Assembly (NCBI GenBank): GCA_963779615.1
Contig: CAVZZA010000005.1
Span: 256,001-320,000, forward strand
Source of the DNA: an uncultured Nitrososphaeraceae archaeon
GTDB lineage: Archaea > Thermoproteota > Nitrososphaeria > Nitrososphaerales > Nitrososphaeraceae
Length of the DNA stretch: 64,000 nucleotides
Reading direction: 5' to 3'
The notes under the pieces: model-generated
What the model was told of the DNA's origin: nothing
What the model saw: only the letters and a program-made list of their open reading frames with translations
The model's database searches: none
Translations under genes and position numbers: made by a program
In this document: positions 49,123 to 59,570 of the stretch, in pieces
How positions within the stretch are numbered: position 1 is the stretch's first letter
How the letters are laid out: every line of letters starts with the position of its first letter

Positions 49123-49640
49123 TTTATCTTTGACCTTTTAATTTTTTCTTGTAATAAAAAGGTTCCCTGAATAAGGGTTTCGGGTCGTGGTGGACATCCG
49201 GGCACATAAACATCCACAGGAACAATCCCATCACAGCCAGGCAAAACATTATATGAATCAAGATAGAGTCCGCCAGTAATGGCACATGCACCCATTGCAA
49301 TAACATATTTGGGTTCAGGCATTTGATCATAAACCATACGAAGCCTCGGTGCCATTTTCCTAGTAACCGTGCCTTGAACAACGATTAAATCACACTGCCT
49401 TAATGAACCGAATGCCTCCAGAATACCAAACCTTTCCACATCGTATCTAGGGCTTGATGCTGCACCAAACTCTACACTGCAGCAAGCAGTTTCTAAATGA
49501 ACAGGCCATAATGACCACACACGACCCCAGTTAATTGCATAGCCTAGTGGCTCCTCTAAAGCATTAACAAGTATATCACTGAGCTTTGACACCATTATAT
49601 TAAAATTAGAAGGATTAGGATTGAGTAGTTCTTTTAACAT
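49119..49640 (-). CDS. nuoB: Complex I subunit B
   Basis: TACCSVE, PKYVIAMGACA..GG, VPGCPPRPE. Confidence 0.96.
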   Translation of the reverse strand: MLKELLNPNPSNFNIMVSKLSDILVNALEEPLGYAINWGRVWSLWPVHLETACCSVEFGAASSPRYDVERFGILEAFGSLRQCDLIVVQGTVTRKMAPRLRMVYDQMPEPKYVIAMGACAITGGLYLDSYNVLPGCDGIVPVDVYVPGCPPRPETLIQGTFLLQEKIKRSKIK

Positions 49641-49698
49641 ACCACTACACTAGATTATATAATAACAAGTTTAGGTATTAAAATCTATTGGACACATG

Positions 49699-50073
49699 TT
49701 ACCAAATTCCCTTTCGTCCAGATAAAAATAATGCATACCCCATAGCGGTAAACATTATCCCAAGAAATCCAATCATGGGTAGTGTTGCCTCCCTAGGTAT
49801 GGAAAAAAAAGTTAAAGCCCAGGCATAGAGAAATATTGACATTACGTCAAAAACAACAAACATAAGGATATACGAGTAATACTGCATCATAAAGTGCGAT
49901 CTTCCTTCACCTGTAGGAATTTGACCGCATTCCATTGGAAGAAATTTAATGGGATTGTATCTCCTTCGTTGTGACAAAAGTCTTGAAAGGATAATAGATG
50001 GAACTCCCGCTAAGATCCCAAATCCAAACAGATATAAAATTGGAAGAAATTGTGAAGCCGTTTCCCCTGCCAA
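49699..50073 (-). CDS. nuoA: Complex I subunit A
   Basis: PMECG, FVVFDV..FLYAW. Confidence 0.95.
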   Translation of the reverse strand: MAGETASQFLPILYLFGFGILAGVPSIILSRLLSQRRRYNPIKFLPMECGQIPTGEGRSHFMMQYYSYILMFVVFDVMSIFLYAWALTFFSIPREATLPMIGFLGIMFTAMGYALFLSGRKGIW

Positions 50074-50125
50074 ATTGATTTTGCTTGACTACCAACTGTA
50101 TAAGAATCTTTTTTTTACAGTCAAG

Positions 50126-51328
50126 TTATTTACGAATGTTCAAGGCTAGCTCAAACAATTGCCTAGCTACCAGTTTTGGGTGATTTAGAGCTAATCTCAT
50201 CATCTTATAATATGAAAAATCTGATTTAATAAAATCCAAAAATTCATCAATGGTCAAATCTTTGATAATATCGATTTCTTTATCCCATTCCGGGTCAGAA
50301 AGAGCAAGCCATCTTGATTGAATCTTTAGTGCGGATTGAATTTTCTTTTCAAGTAGTTTCCTACAAGAGTATTCATAGGTTTTCAATGAATCTATTGTTG
50401 AATTTGATTGCAAAGAATTAGCACCGACCAATCCAGATAACTGTCCAAATTCAATCGCATAACGTATCCCTTCTAATACTAATGGATTCGCCTGACCCGC
50501 GGTATCACCTATCAACATTAATCCGTTATGAACAAAACTTTTCCGAAGCCCGTCATTAGGTATCACACCATAATGTACTTCAAGAGGTTGAATCCTTCCT
50601 AGTTTATTTAACGGATATAATTTATCCTCGACGATTTTATTTAATTTTATGAGAGGGTCAACAGTGGACTCTGGTCTGCCTATACCTACACCTATTCTCA
50701 CACGATTAGCAGACAGTGGAAAAATCCAGGCATATCCTGCATTAGAATATTTGCTACCAACCATCAAATACAAAGTTTCAGAGTTTATTTTATCACAATA
50801 ACATTCGTATTCTGCGCCGACTCCGTACCTATTCCATGAAGTAACATAACCTAATTTGCGAGATACAAAGCTACTAAAACCACTGGCATCAATTATCAAG
50901 GTTGCCTCTATTTCAATAATTCCATTTGGTGTTGAAACTCTCAGTCCATTAATTCGCCCTTCACTGTTTTTTTTTATATCAAAAACATTACTCTTTATAG
51001 ATAATTGTGTTCCTTCCGTAGCAGCTTTAGTTGCTAAAAATTGGTATGTTTTTTTTATATCAAGTACACATGCAGAATATTCTATGCCCGGTATATTTAT
51101 TTCATTGTTTGGAGAAATGAATGAGAAGTTTTTAATTGGATTAAAATATTCTTTAGGCACTCCATATTTTTCGATCTCTTTTATCCAACTAACACCACTA
51201 GTTCTCACATTATGGCCAAAAGATGGGTCTTTTTCAAAAAGTATAACTTTTGCACCTTTTTTAGACGCAGAATAGGCCGCAGAAAGTCCAGCTGGACCAC
51301 CACCCACTATAGCAATATCATATTTCAA
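50126..51328 (-). CDS. Geranylgeranyl reductase-family FAD oxidoreductase
   Basis: VGGGPAG, DASG, GY.WIFP, GDTAG..NP...EGI. Confidence 0.88.
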   Translation of the reverse strand: MKYDIAIVGGGPAGLSAAYSASKKGAKVILFEKDPSFGHNVRTSGVSWIKEIEKYGVPKEYFNPIKNFSFISPNNEINIPGIEYSACVLDIKKTYQFLATKAATEGTQLSIKSNVFDIKKNSEGRINGLRVSTPNGIIEIEATLIIDASGFSSFVSRKLGYVTSWNRYGVGAEYECYCDKINSETLYLMVGSKYSNAGYAWIFPLSANRVRIGVGIGRPESTVDPLIKLNKIVEDKLYPLNKLGRIQPLEVHYGVIPNDGLRKSFVHNGLMLIGDTAGQANPLVLEGIRYAIEFGQLSGLVGANSLQSNSTIDSLKTYEYSCRKLLEKKIQSALKIQSRWLALSDPEWDKEIDIIKDLTIDEFLDFIKSDFSYYKMMRLALNHPKLVARQLFELALNIRK

Positions 51329-51422
51329 TAAACCATTTGATCATTATTGCAAATGGGTTTATTATAGATTTATTTTTAGTTAAAGTTGTCTTTATGGTTA
51401 ATAGTTTACTGTAAAAAAACGA

Positions 51423-51773
51423 ATGAATAAAATTAACAGCCCATTTATCTATTTTATATTGATCTTTTTTAAATCCAAGAAAGAAATCCATTTAGATAAC
51501 CTAGATAATTCCGATTTTAATAAAAATTTACAGGAAATCATCAGAACAATAGAAGAATTCAGTGATGAGCAAAGAGAAATTGTGGAAAAATTCAGACATG
51601 AAATGGAAAAATTCACAGTCGAAAGATCTCTTGAAAGCTGTTTGCAGGCTTTGAATTTATCAATTCAACTAGCGAATACGAGAGAAATGATATTGGACGC
51701 ATACAAAAAATACTGCCTTTTGTTGGAAAATGATCTAAAAAAATTAATTGAAGAAAGAAAAAAGCAACTATGA
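51423..51773 (+). CDS. Hypothetical helical protein
   Basis: 116-aa ORF with charged helices; start uncertain. Confidence 0.55.
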   Translation: MNKINSPFIYFILIFFKSKKEIHLDNLDNSDFNKNLQEIIRTIEEFSDEQREIVEKFRHEMEKFTVERSLESCLQALNLSIQLANTREMILDAYKKYCLLLENDLKKLIEERKKQL

Positions 51774-51857
51774 ACCAGGTAGAGCAAATAAAAATACTCG
51801 TTTAATGAGATCAGGCATTTTTTTTATCAAATATCATTGGAATCACAAGCAACAAAA

Positions 51858-52730
51858 TCAATTAAATATAACTTTGTTTTTAATAGTACCCAATTTCTCA
51901 ATAGAAATTTCCACAACATCGTCATGTTTTAAATATCTCGGATCTTTCATAGACATAGCAACTCCTGCAGGAGTACCTGTAGATATTATGTCACCCGGTT
52001 CTATAGTTATCAAATTACTTAATGAAGATATTATTTTTCGTATGGGTATAACCATGTTGTTACTAGATGAATTCTGCCTTATCTCTCCGTTTACGGTAGT
52101 CACTATTTTCAATGACTGAGGGTCTGTTACTTCATCTTTAGTAGTTATCCACGGACCGCATGGAGCAAAAGTATCAATACTTTTGCCTCTCGTAAACTGC
52201 TTATCTCTGAACTGGATATCCCTTGCAGAAACATCATGAAAAATCATATAACCAAACACAGCATCTAATGATTCTTCTTCTGAAACTTTTTTTATTTTTT
52301 TACCCATAATTACGGCTATTTCTGCCTCATAATCAAGTCTTTTTACATATGAAGGCGAGATAACAGTTCCATGTGGTGAATTTAGTGCCGTTCTAGGCTT
52401 GAGAAAAATGACAGGTTCCTGTGAAGGGGTCAAACCCGCATCCCTTGCATGATCGTAATAATTAAAAGCAAGACAAATTATTTTAGGAGGGTTGGGAAGA
52501 GGAGTTAATAGTTCCACATCATCTATCCCAATATCGTATTCCAATTCATTTTGTTTATCCGCTATTTCCTCCAGCCAACCACCAAATAAGAAATCCTCTA
52601 CGCGTGGTGGTATAGGAATGCCTGTTTTTTCCTGAATCTGTTCTTTAATAATAAGTTTTTTTCCATCTTCAGAAACTATCCCATATGTCTCCATTGAATT
52701 TTTTAACCTCATTCTGGCAATTTTCATCAT
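51858..52730 (-). CDS. Fumarylacetoacetate hydrolase-family protein
   Basis: KIICLAFNY..H, DYEAE, DVSARD.Q, GKS.DTF.P.GP, GDIISTGTPAGV. Confidence 0.93.
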   Translation of the reverse strand: MMKIARMRLKNSMETYGIVSEDGKKLIIKEQIQEKTGIPIPPRVEDFLFGGWLEEIADKQNELEYDIGIDDVELLTPLPNPPKIICLAFNYYDHARDAGLTPSQEPVIFLKPRTALNSPHGTVISPSYVKRLDYEAEIAVIMGKKIKKVSEEESLDAVFGYMIFHDVSARDIQFRDKQFTRGKSIDTFAPCGPWITTKDEVTDPQSLKIVTTVNGEIRQNSSSNNMVIPIRKIISSLSNLITIEPGDIISTGTPAGVAMSMKDPRYLKHDDVVEISIEKLGTIKNKVIFN

Positions 52731-52733
52731 TTT

Positions 52734-54557
52734 TCACCTATGAGTAAAAATTGCAGTCGAGAAATCGTCTATTCTACAAAAACCATATCTAACAAACTGG
52801 ACAATGGTTCCGATTTTGAGTTGGGATAAATATAATTCAGACAATCCCTCCTCAATAATTAAATTATTTTCATTATAGTGTTCACCTTTATACAGTGGTA
52901 ACGGTTTTAATATTTTAAATTTCATCGAATTGTTTTTTGATATCCATTGGATTTTTTGAATATTATGAAATAGGCTATTTCCTATGTTTTTGGCCTCAAT
53001 AATTTTGGTATTGTTTTCTTTTTTGTTGGGAACATCAACATGAGTAATTTCTATATTGCAAAGATCCATTAACCTTACTGTATCTCCAATTTTTAGTTTA
53101 ACTGCATCATCGTTAGATATATAAATTATTTTTTCAACATTCATCTTCCTTTTCCCCATCTCCAAAGTAGGGTGATTTTTTATTTCCACAAACTCAAGAT
53201 CAAGTTCATCTATGTGCAATTCAACAGGATCTTTTACAAAGAATAATCTTAGGGATGATGAATCCAGCATTTTTCTGTTGAAAGATTCTAGAACTTCAAT
53301 AGAGGGTTTTGTTTCAGATAAAGTAATACTAAGTGATAGTACGAATTTTCTAATGGCTTCAGGCAAAATACCCCTTCTTTTTAATCCAATCAAAGTAGGG
53401 AGCCTTGGATCATCCCATCTTTGTATTACACCCTTCTCTATTAATGGAGTTATTTTTCTTTTAGAAACAGGAATTCCCTCAAATTCCAACCTTGAAAATT
53501 CTATTAATTGGGGTTTCCTCATGCCTAAATCAGACAGAATCGCAAAATAGAGTTCATTTCTCAATTCATACTCTTTTGTTCTAAATGCATGTGTAACACC
53601 ATCCAAACTATCCTCAACAGGAGCAGCAAAATCATAAGTGGGCCATAAAAAATATTTATTTTCCAGTCTTGGGTGGGAATCATCAATTATCCGGAAAAGT
53701 GTTGGATCCCTCATAGCAGTATTCAAACTCATCATATCGCCACGATAACGCACTATGACTTGATTTTGTCGATATTTACCTAAAATCATATTATCAAATT
53801 TATTCAAATTTATGTCCACTTCATTTACTCTACAAATACAAGGCGTCCCATTAGAGCGATTAATTTTAATTAAATCTGAACTGCATTCACAAACATAGGC
53901 ACAATTTTTTTTGACAAGTTTTTTACCATAATCATATAACATCTCCAAGTCGTCAGAAGTGTTTTTTATAATAGAGGGTTTGACTTTTAACCACTCCAGT
54001 CCCTCCGATATAGCTTTATAATATTCAATCTTTTCTTTAGACGGATTTGTATCATCGAACCGTAAAATAAGTTTACCACCATACATTCTTGCATATTCTT
54101 CATCAATAATTGCAGCCTTGGCATGCCCAATATGCGGGTAGCCATTTGGCTCAGGAGGAAACCTAGTAACAACATTACCATAATTGGCTTTGATTAATGG
54201 AGGAAGGTCAAAAGATTGATCACTAAAAGATTTTTTTTCATGTATGTTATTTTTATTATCTATTTTAAAGATGGTTCGATCAATACCCTGAGTAGAATCA
54301 TTTAGATAATGATTAGAGGTTTCCATGATTTTACCATAAAGAGTATTCTTTTCGTCAAAAGATAATGAAGATAAGTCAGAGATAATTTTTTTTATCTCAG
54401 GAACAAGATTTTTAATATCAATGCTACCTTTTGAGATCTTTGAAAAAGAAAATGTTTTCGAGACTACAACATCAAATTTTATATTGTTGTTAAAATCTAA
54501 TGCGTTTTTTAACGATATTAATTTAATTGTATTTATCAGCTTTTCATCAGTTATCAA
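52734..54557 (-). CDS. gltX: Glutamyl-tRNA synthetase
   Basis: TRFPPEPNGYPHIGH, RFDDTNP, PTYDFA, VSKRK, WDDPRLPT, QFVRYGFCR.D. Confidence 0.97.
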   Translation of the reverse strand: MITDEKLINTIKLISLKNALDFNNNIKFDVVVSKTFSFSKISKGSIDIKNLVPEIKKIISDLSSLSFDEKNTLYGKIMETSNHYLNDSTQGIDRTIFKIDNKNNIHEKKSFSDQSFDLPPLIKANYGNVVTRFPPEPNGYPHIGHAKAAIIDEEYARMYGGKLILRFDDTNPSKEKIEYYKAISEGLEWLKVKPSIIKNTSDDLEMLYDYGKKLVKKNCAYVCECSSDLIKINRSNGTPCICRVNEVDINLNKFDNMILGKYRQNQVIVRYRGDMMSLNTAMRDPTLFRIIDDSHPRLENKYFLWPTYDFAAPVEDSLDGVTHAFRTKEYELRNELYFAILSDLGMRKPQLIEFSRLEFEGIPVSKRKITPLIEKGVIQRWDDPRLPTLIGLKRRGILPEAIRKFVLSLSITLSETKPSIEVLESFNRKMLDSSSLRLFFVKDPVELHIDELDLEFVEIKNHPTLEMGKRKMNVEKIIYISNDDAVKLKIGDTVRLMDLCNIEITHVDVPNKKENNTKIIEAKNIGNSLFHNIQKIQWISKNNSMKFKILKPLPLYKGEHYNENNLIIEEGLSELYLSQLKIGTIVQFVRYGFCRIDDFSTAIFTHR

Positions 54558-54563
54558 ATTTTA

Positions 54564-55571
54564 TTATAATCTCCTTTCAACTATGTATCTAGCCGATTTT
54601 TCCAAAGATAAAAGCGGTTCGGAGGTATCATATTTATGCAATATTTTAAATGCATCATCAATGAAATTCCGGGCAAGAGATCGAACATCTTTGTCTACAC
54701 CGATCATAGCGATCCTATTTACAACTTCGTTAATAGACTCATCACTTGCACTTTTTTTTCCAAATACTTTTTCTAATTTTATTTTATCGTCAGAGTCAAG
54801 GTTTTGGATTGCTAAAAGAATAGGAAATGTTTTTTTCCCCTCTCTGATATCGTTACCCACGGCTTTTCCTGTTATTTTAGAATCACCATAAATACCTATC
54901 AAATCATCTATTAACTGAAAGGCAACCCCAATTTTTTTCCCGTAATTCGAAAGATTTTCAACATCCATTTTACAGTGGTTAGGAGAAGACAATGCTCCAA
55001 GTTCACATGAAACCTTAAACAAAGCTGCTGTTTTTTTCCCTATCATATCAATATATCCCTCTTTGGATGGAAAATCCCTATCCATTGACATTTTAATATC
55101 CAATGCCTGACCTTCACATATTTCGATACATGTTGAAGATAAAAGATGCATCATTTTTAGTAAATTTTCACTCGATATTCCAGTCTCTTTTCCATAATGT
55201 GAAATAATCTGAAAAGCTTTAGAAAAAAGAATATCACCAGATAAGATAGCAACTGGGACCCCAAATTGCCTATGTACTGAAGCGACATTATGTCTTAAAT
55301 TATCATTATCCATAATATCGTCATGGACTAAAGTAAAATTATGAATCAATTCAACAGAAGAAGCATATGGTATTGATGTTTCTATATTTCCTCCAAACAG
55401 CTGACAAGATTTAACAGACATGAATGGTCGTATTCTTTTTCCACCGCTTTTGATATAATGTAAAGACGCATCATAAAGGTGGTTAGGGTTGCCAGAGACA
55501 TTAGAAAGAATAAACTGATTTATTTTTGAAGCAATAAAATTAATCTCAGTTCTTATTTCTTCTGCGCTCAT
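54564..55571 (-). CDS. Geranylgeranyl diphosphate synthase
   Basis: GGKRIRP, HDDIMD...R, GQALD, KTA, FQLIDD. Confidence 0.94.
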   Translation of the reverse strand: MSAEEIRTEINFIASKINQFILSNVSGNPNHLYDASLHYIKSGGKRIRPFMSVKSCQLFGGNIETSIPYASSVELIHNFTLVHDDIMDNDNLRHNVASVHRQFGVPVAILSGDILFSKAFQIISHYGKETGISSENLLKMMHLLSSTCIEICEGQALDIKMSMDRDFPSKEGYIDMIGKKTAALFKVSCELGALSSPNHCKMDVENLSNYGKKIGVAFQLIDDLIGIYGDSKITGKAVGNDIREGKKTFPILLAIQNLDSDDKIKLEKVFGKKSASDESINEVVNRIAMIGVDKDVRSLARNFIDDAFKILHKYDTSEPLLSLEKSARYIVERRL

Positions 55572-56709
55572 AATTACCTAATACATTAGCTAATTTATCT
55601 GTCAATATATACCTTGTATTTTTAAGCGACAATATATCTTTTGCACCCAATAAGAACATGGTTGCTTTTATTTCAGATAATACTAACTGAGTATATTTCT
55701 CTAACTCTTCTTCGGATTCAGCAGCTTTCTTTAAAAAAGGATATGCCATTGCACACATATTAGAGCCTATTATCAAGCACTTTGCAATTTCCAAACCATT
55801 CCTTAACCCCCCTGATGCGATAATAGGTATATCAACAGATTTTGAAACTAATAAAATACTTAACGCTGTAGGAATTCCCCAGTCCCAGAAAAGATCACCT
55901 AATTCAGACTTGATATAGTTATTGTGCAGATGGGCCCTTATTTTTTCAATACCAGCCCAACTTGTACCTCCTGAACCAGCAACATTAATCGATCGAACTC
56001 CAGAATTTTCTAACCGTATTGCAACATCATCAGATATACCAGATCCAACTTCTTTTACAATAATAGGGATTTCAATGTCATTTACCAAATTAGTAATTCT
56101 CTGTAATATTCCCTTAAACCGTGGTTCTCCTTCAGGCTGTATTAATTCCTGGAGAGGATTAAGATGAATAGCCAATGCATTAGCATCGATCATCTTGACG
56201 ATTTTTAAAACATCAGAATTTGACAAACCCTCTGATAACTGTGCACCACCTATATTAGCTATTAGAAATGCACTTGGAGCAACTTTTCTAGCAATGGAGT
56301 AACTCTCAACAAGTTTTTCACTTTTTAATCCAGCTCTTTGGCTCCCTAGACCCATGCCAAGCCCGTATCTTTCTGCAATTTGACCAAGTCGTTTATTTAT
56401 TGAAAATGCTTCATCAGTTCCCCCAGTCATTGAGTCAATTATCAAAGGAGCAGAAAAAGACTTGTTTAAGAAAGTAGTTCCAAGATCTATTTCATCAAAA
56501 TTAATCTCAGGTAATGCATTATGAAAAAGTTTGACATACTCTAAACATGTGGAATTCCGTTTGCCTTGTACATTTTCCTTTAGAGGAATTTCTATTCCTT
56601 CTCTTTTACGTCTCTTGATTTGCTCTACATAATCACTATCATCATCATTTCTATTCGGCGTGTTATGCGGTCTTTGTTCAATGTTGTCATCCCCACTACC
56701 CAAAGTCAT
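55546..56709 (-). CDS. fni: Type 2 isopentenyl-diphosphate isomerase
   Basis: SMTGG, GSQR, HLNPLQE..QPEG, KEVG.G, GGTSW, WGIPT, ASGG.RNG. Confidence 0.96.
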   Translation of the reverse strand: MTLGSGDDNIEQRPHNTPNRNDDDSDYVEQIKRRKREGIEIPLKENVQGKRNSTCLEYVKLFHNALPEINFDEIDLGTTFLNKSFSAPLIIDSMTGGTDEAFSINKRLGQIAERYGLGMGLGSQRAGLKSEKLVESYSIARKVAPSAFLIANIGGAQLSEGLSNSDVLKIVKMIDANALAIHLNPLQELIQPEGEPRFKGILQRITNLVNDIEIPIIVKEVGSGISDDVAIRLENSGVRSINVAGSGGTSWAGIEKIRAHLHNNYIKSELGDLFWDWGIPTALSILLVSKSVDIPIIASGGLRNGLEIAKCLIIGSNMCAMAYPFLKKAAESEEELEKYTQLVLSEIKATMFLLGAKDILSLKNTRYILTDKLANVLGNYERRRNKN

Positions 56710-57548
56710 TCAATACTTCTCTCCTCTTGCTTCTGCTGCCCCTGCATTTTTATTGATGTACCAATAAAATCACTACCATTAATTATATCAATCATTCTTT
56801 CAGGATAAAAGCCATTAATCAAATAAACTGGAATTCCAGATTGTACAATGTTGATCGATTCAGATATTTTTCTTTTCATCCCCCCCGTAACGTCAAACGA
56901 CATATCTGAAAACTCAATTCTATTATCCATAGCATTTAAAAGTTCTTTATTTTTATTTAGTATAATATTCGAGAGCAAATTGCCATTTTCAAGAGTTCCA
57001 TAAATACCATCCACATTTGTTGTGAAAATTGAAAATCGGGGATTCAAATTGACTGACAATATATTCATTAATGTATCACCCGACAAAATCGAGAAATTTC
57101 CTTTAGACGTATGAACAACGTCACCATATGTGATAGGGATTATATTATTATTTTGGATCATTTCCATCATATCCAAAACTCGTTCTTTGCATGGTAGATT
57201 GTTAAAAACAAAAGATGATGCATGAATGCAAAAAGGTTTTAACTCATTAGAGATAAACTTTTCAACTACGATATGATTCAATTTTATCATTGACTCTCGA
57301 ACTCTGATAACACCTTCATCTTGATATGTAAAAGGCTGTGTGTGCATGTCATATTTAACGGACCAATAGTGTCCAAAAGATCCTCCACCATGAACAATAA
57401 TAATTTTATATCGTTTTTTTAGTTCTTTAATAATATTAGCCATTTTTTCGATAGCTTGATAATTAGGCGAAAGAGGCTTTTCTTTAAAAGTAATTACAGA
57501 ACCTCCCAATTTAATAATGATAAGATCATTGTTTTTTAAACTATCCAA
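56706..57548 (-). CDS. ipk: Isopentenyl phosphate kinase
   Basis: KLGGSVIT.K, HGGGSFGH, SGD, DVTGGM..K. Confidence 0.93.
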   Translation of the reverse strand: MDSLKNNDLIIIKLGGSVITFKEKPLSPNYQAIEKMANIIKELKKRYKIIIVHGGGSFGHYWSVKYDMHTQPFTYQDEGVIRVRESMIKLNHIVVEKFISNELKPFCIHASSFVFNNLPCKERVLDMMEMIQNNNIIPITYGDVVHTSKGNFSILSGDTLMNILSVNLNPRFSIFTTNVDGIYGTLENGNLLSNIILNKNKELLNAMDNRIEFSDMSFDVTGGMKRKISESINIVQSGIPVYLINGFYPERMIDIINGSDFIGTSIKMQGQQKQEERSIE

Positions 57549-57629
57549 CTTGATTTAAGATATGTATTCATTTAATTAATATTTGGCTATAATATAAAAT
57601 GACAGTTTCAAATGATTTAACATTCACCA

Positions 57630-58676
57630 CTAATTATTATTGAAATTAGGGATTTTTTCCAATTTAAAGCCATCACCTTCCGGACTTACAAAAAAATAGT
57701 TTAGCTTAAGTTCATCCAACCTTTTCAATAACCGGAATACAAGAGTCTGCTCATTTTTATCTATTAATGATAATACACATCCTCCACCGCCAGATCCTGT
57801 AATTTTTGTACCAAAAGTTCCCCCTGCTTGGCAAATATTTACGACTTTATCTATAATTGAATTGGAAATAGACAGTTGCTTTAAAATAGAATGATTCTCA
57901 TTCATCAATACACCCATTTTTTCCAAATTTTTACTTTTTAAGGAATTTATGGAATATTTATAAATTCCGACATATTCTTTGCACAAAAAACTAAACAATT
58001 TGTGATCGTTATCTTTAATTTTTTTTACTTTTGCAATCATTTCAAATGTATCGTGTGAGATACCGGAGTTTATAATTAGAAATGGTAAATCATGAATATC
58101 GATACGAAGTTTTTTAAAACCAGATATTCTATTATAGACACCAATGCCCCCAAAAGTACAAACACTACAATCTACACCCGAAATTTTTTGATTAATGACT
58201 CTTTCAGCCTCAATAGATTTTTCACAAATGAACTTTTTACCTATTTTTTTATTCAAACCATAATAAAAAGCACCAACTACTGATACACAAAATGCAGATG
58301 ACGAGCCTAAGCCTCCACCTATTGGAATTTCTGAGTTAATATAAATAGTTAGATCTTGATTATCTTTATTATTATTAGTATTATCCTTATTGGTATTCAT
58401 TAGATACCCTATTATTTTAATTAAATTTTTAACAATAGTAAGATTTGTTGATGAATTATTGGAAACAGTTATTTTTGAATTATCAACCTCTGCATTAAAA
58501 CCTAAATTAGAAAAAACTCTTATTTTATTTTTATATGAATTTTCAAAATTAATTCTTATTTTTAACTTTTTATTGATAGCAAAAATAATTGAAGAATAAC
58601 CATACACCACAAAATGTTCTCCAAAAAGTATGGTTTTACCGGGCGAAGTTGACACTATATTATTCAAGGTAACCAT
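57630..58676 (-). CDS. mvk: Mevalonate kinase
   Basis: PGKTILFGEH.VVYG, P.GGGLGSS, SGVD, KITGSGGGG. Confidence 0.95.
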   Translation of the reverse strand: MVTLNNIVSTSPGKTILFGEHFVVYGYSSIIFAINKKLKIRINFENSYKNKIRVFSNLGFNAEVDNSKITVSNNSSTNLTIVKNLIKIIGYLMNTNKDNTNNNKDNQDLTIYINSEIPIGGGLGSSSAFCVSVVGAFYYGLNKKIGKKFICEKSIEAERVINQKISGVDCSVCTFGGIGVYNRISGFKKLRIDIHDLPFLIINSGISHDTFEMIAKVKKIKDNDHKLFSFLCKEYVGIYKYSINSLKSKNLEKMGVLMNENHSILKQLSISNSIIDKVVNICQAGGTFGTKITGSGGGGCVLSLIDKNEQTLVFRLLKRLDELKLNYFFVSPEGDGFKLEKIPNFNNN

Positions 58677-58691
58677 ATCCGTTCAACAACA

Positions 58692-59570
58692 TCACAACAT
58701 CAATAGAGAAGAATAACCCACAACAGAGGATTTGTTTCCATCAACATCACCACTAGTTAGATATTTCAATAAAACCACATCAGAATTTCTCATCATTTTC
58801 GAAAATTCCATAGATGTTGCGATACATCCATACCCACACACAGTCATTACATTATCCTCAAAAGTTTTATAAAATGAATCAATATTCAAAGATAATATAT
58901 CCGATATCAAGCGGTTGTCTTTTTTATAACACTCTTCATAACACAGATAATGTGAAAAATTTGAAGTTACAATTAAAACAACGTTTTCCTCTTTAGGTAC
59001 AACCATACTTAATGTTTCTGCTAATTTAACAGAAGCGCATTTATCTTGAGTTCTTTGCAATATTGGTACAAACTTGAAATCATTTTTTTTTATATGCTGT
59101 AAAAAAGGCAACTGAGTTTCAATGGCATGATCTATAGTCAAAGAAAAAGGGTCAACACTAATAAAACCATTAAAACAATTATCTAACAAATTTATGCTCA
59201 ATTCTTCATTAATTGATATGTTACCAAGCGGCGTACTCCAAATACCTTTATCCATGGTGGATATACCAGGGCTAGTTCCATAATGATCTGGTGCTAAAAT
59301 TATAAAATTATTACACTCTATTAAACTTATCAGATAATAAACTAGAGCGGAAACGTGTCCAGAAAAACAATATGATCCATGAGGAACTATAAATGTCAAT
59401 ATTTTTTTAAATTTAATATATTTTGCAACAATATCTATAATTTTTCTTTCTTTGGACGATTCATCGATTTGATGAAAGAATTTATTTATTGTAGAAATTA
59501 TTTCTGAGTTGGTTTTAGGATAGAAAATCCCATTATAATGATGTTCTCTTGTTAAAACACCATCTTTCAA
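58692..59570 (-). CDS. MEMO1-family protein
   Basis: G.FYP, VPHGSY.FSG, HAIETQLPFLQ, SNFSHY, VCGYG, TSGDV...VVGY. Confidence 0.9.
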   Translation of the reverse strand: MKDGVLTREHHYNGIFYPKTNSEIISTINKFFHQIDESSKERKIIDIVAKYIKFKKILTFIVPHGSYCFSGHVSALVYYLISLIECNNFIILAPDHYGTSPGISTMDKGIWSTPLGNISINEELSINLLDNCFNGFISVDPFSLTIDHAIETQLPFLQHIKKNDFKFVPILQRTQDKCASVKLAETLSMVVPKEENVVLIVTSNFSHYLCYEECYKKDNRLISDILSLNIDSFYKTFEDNVMTVCGYGCIATSMEFSKMMRNSDVVLLKYLTSGDVDGNKSSVVGYSSLLML

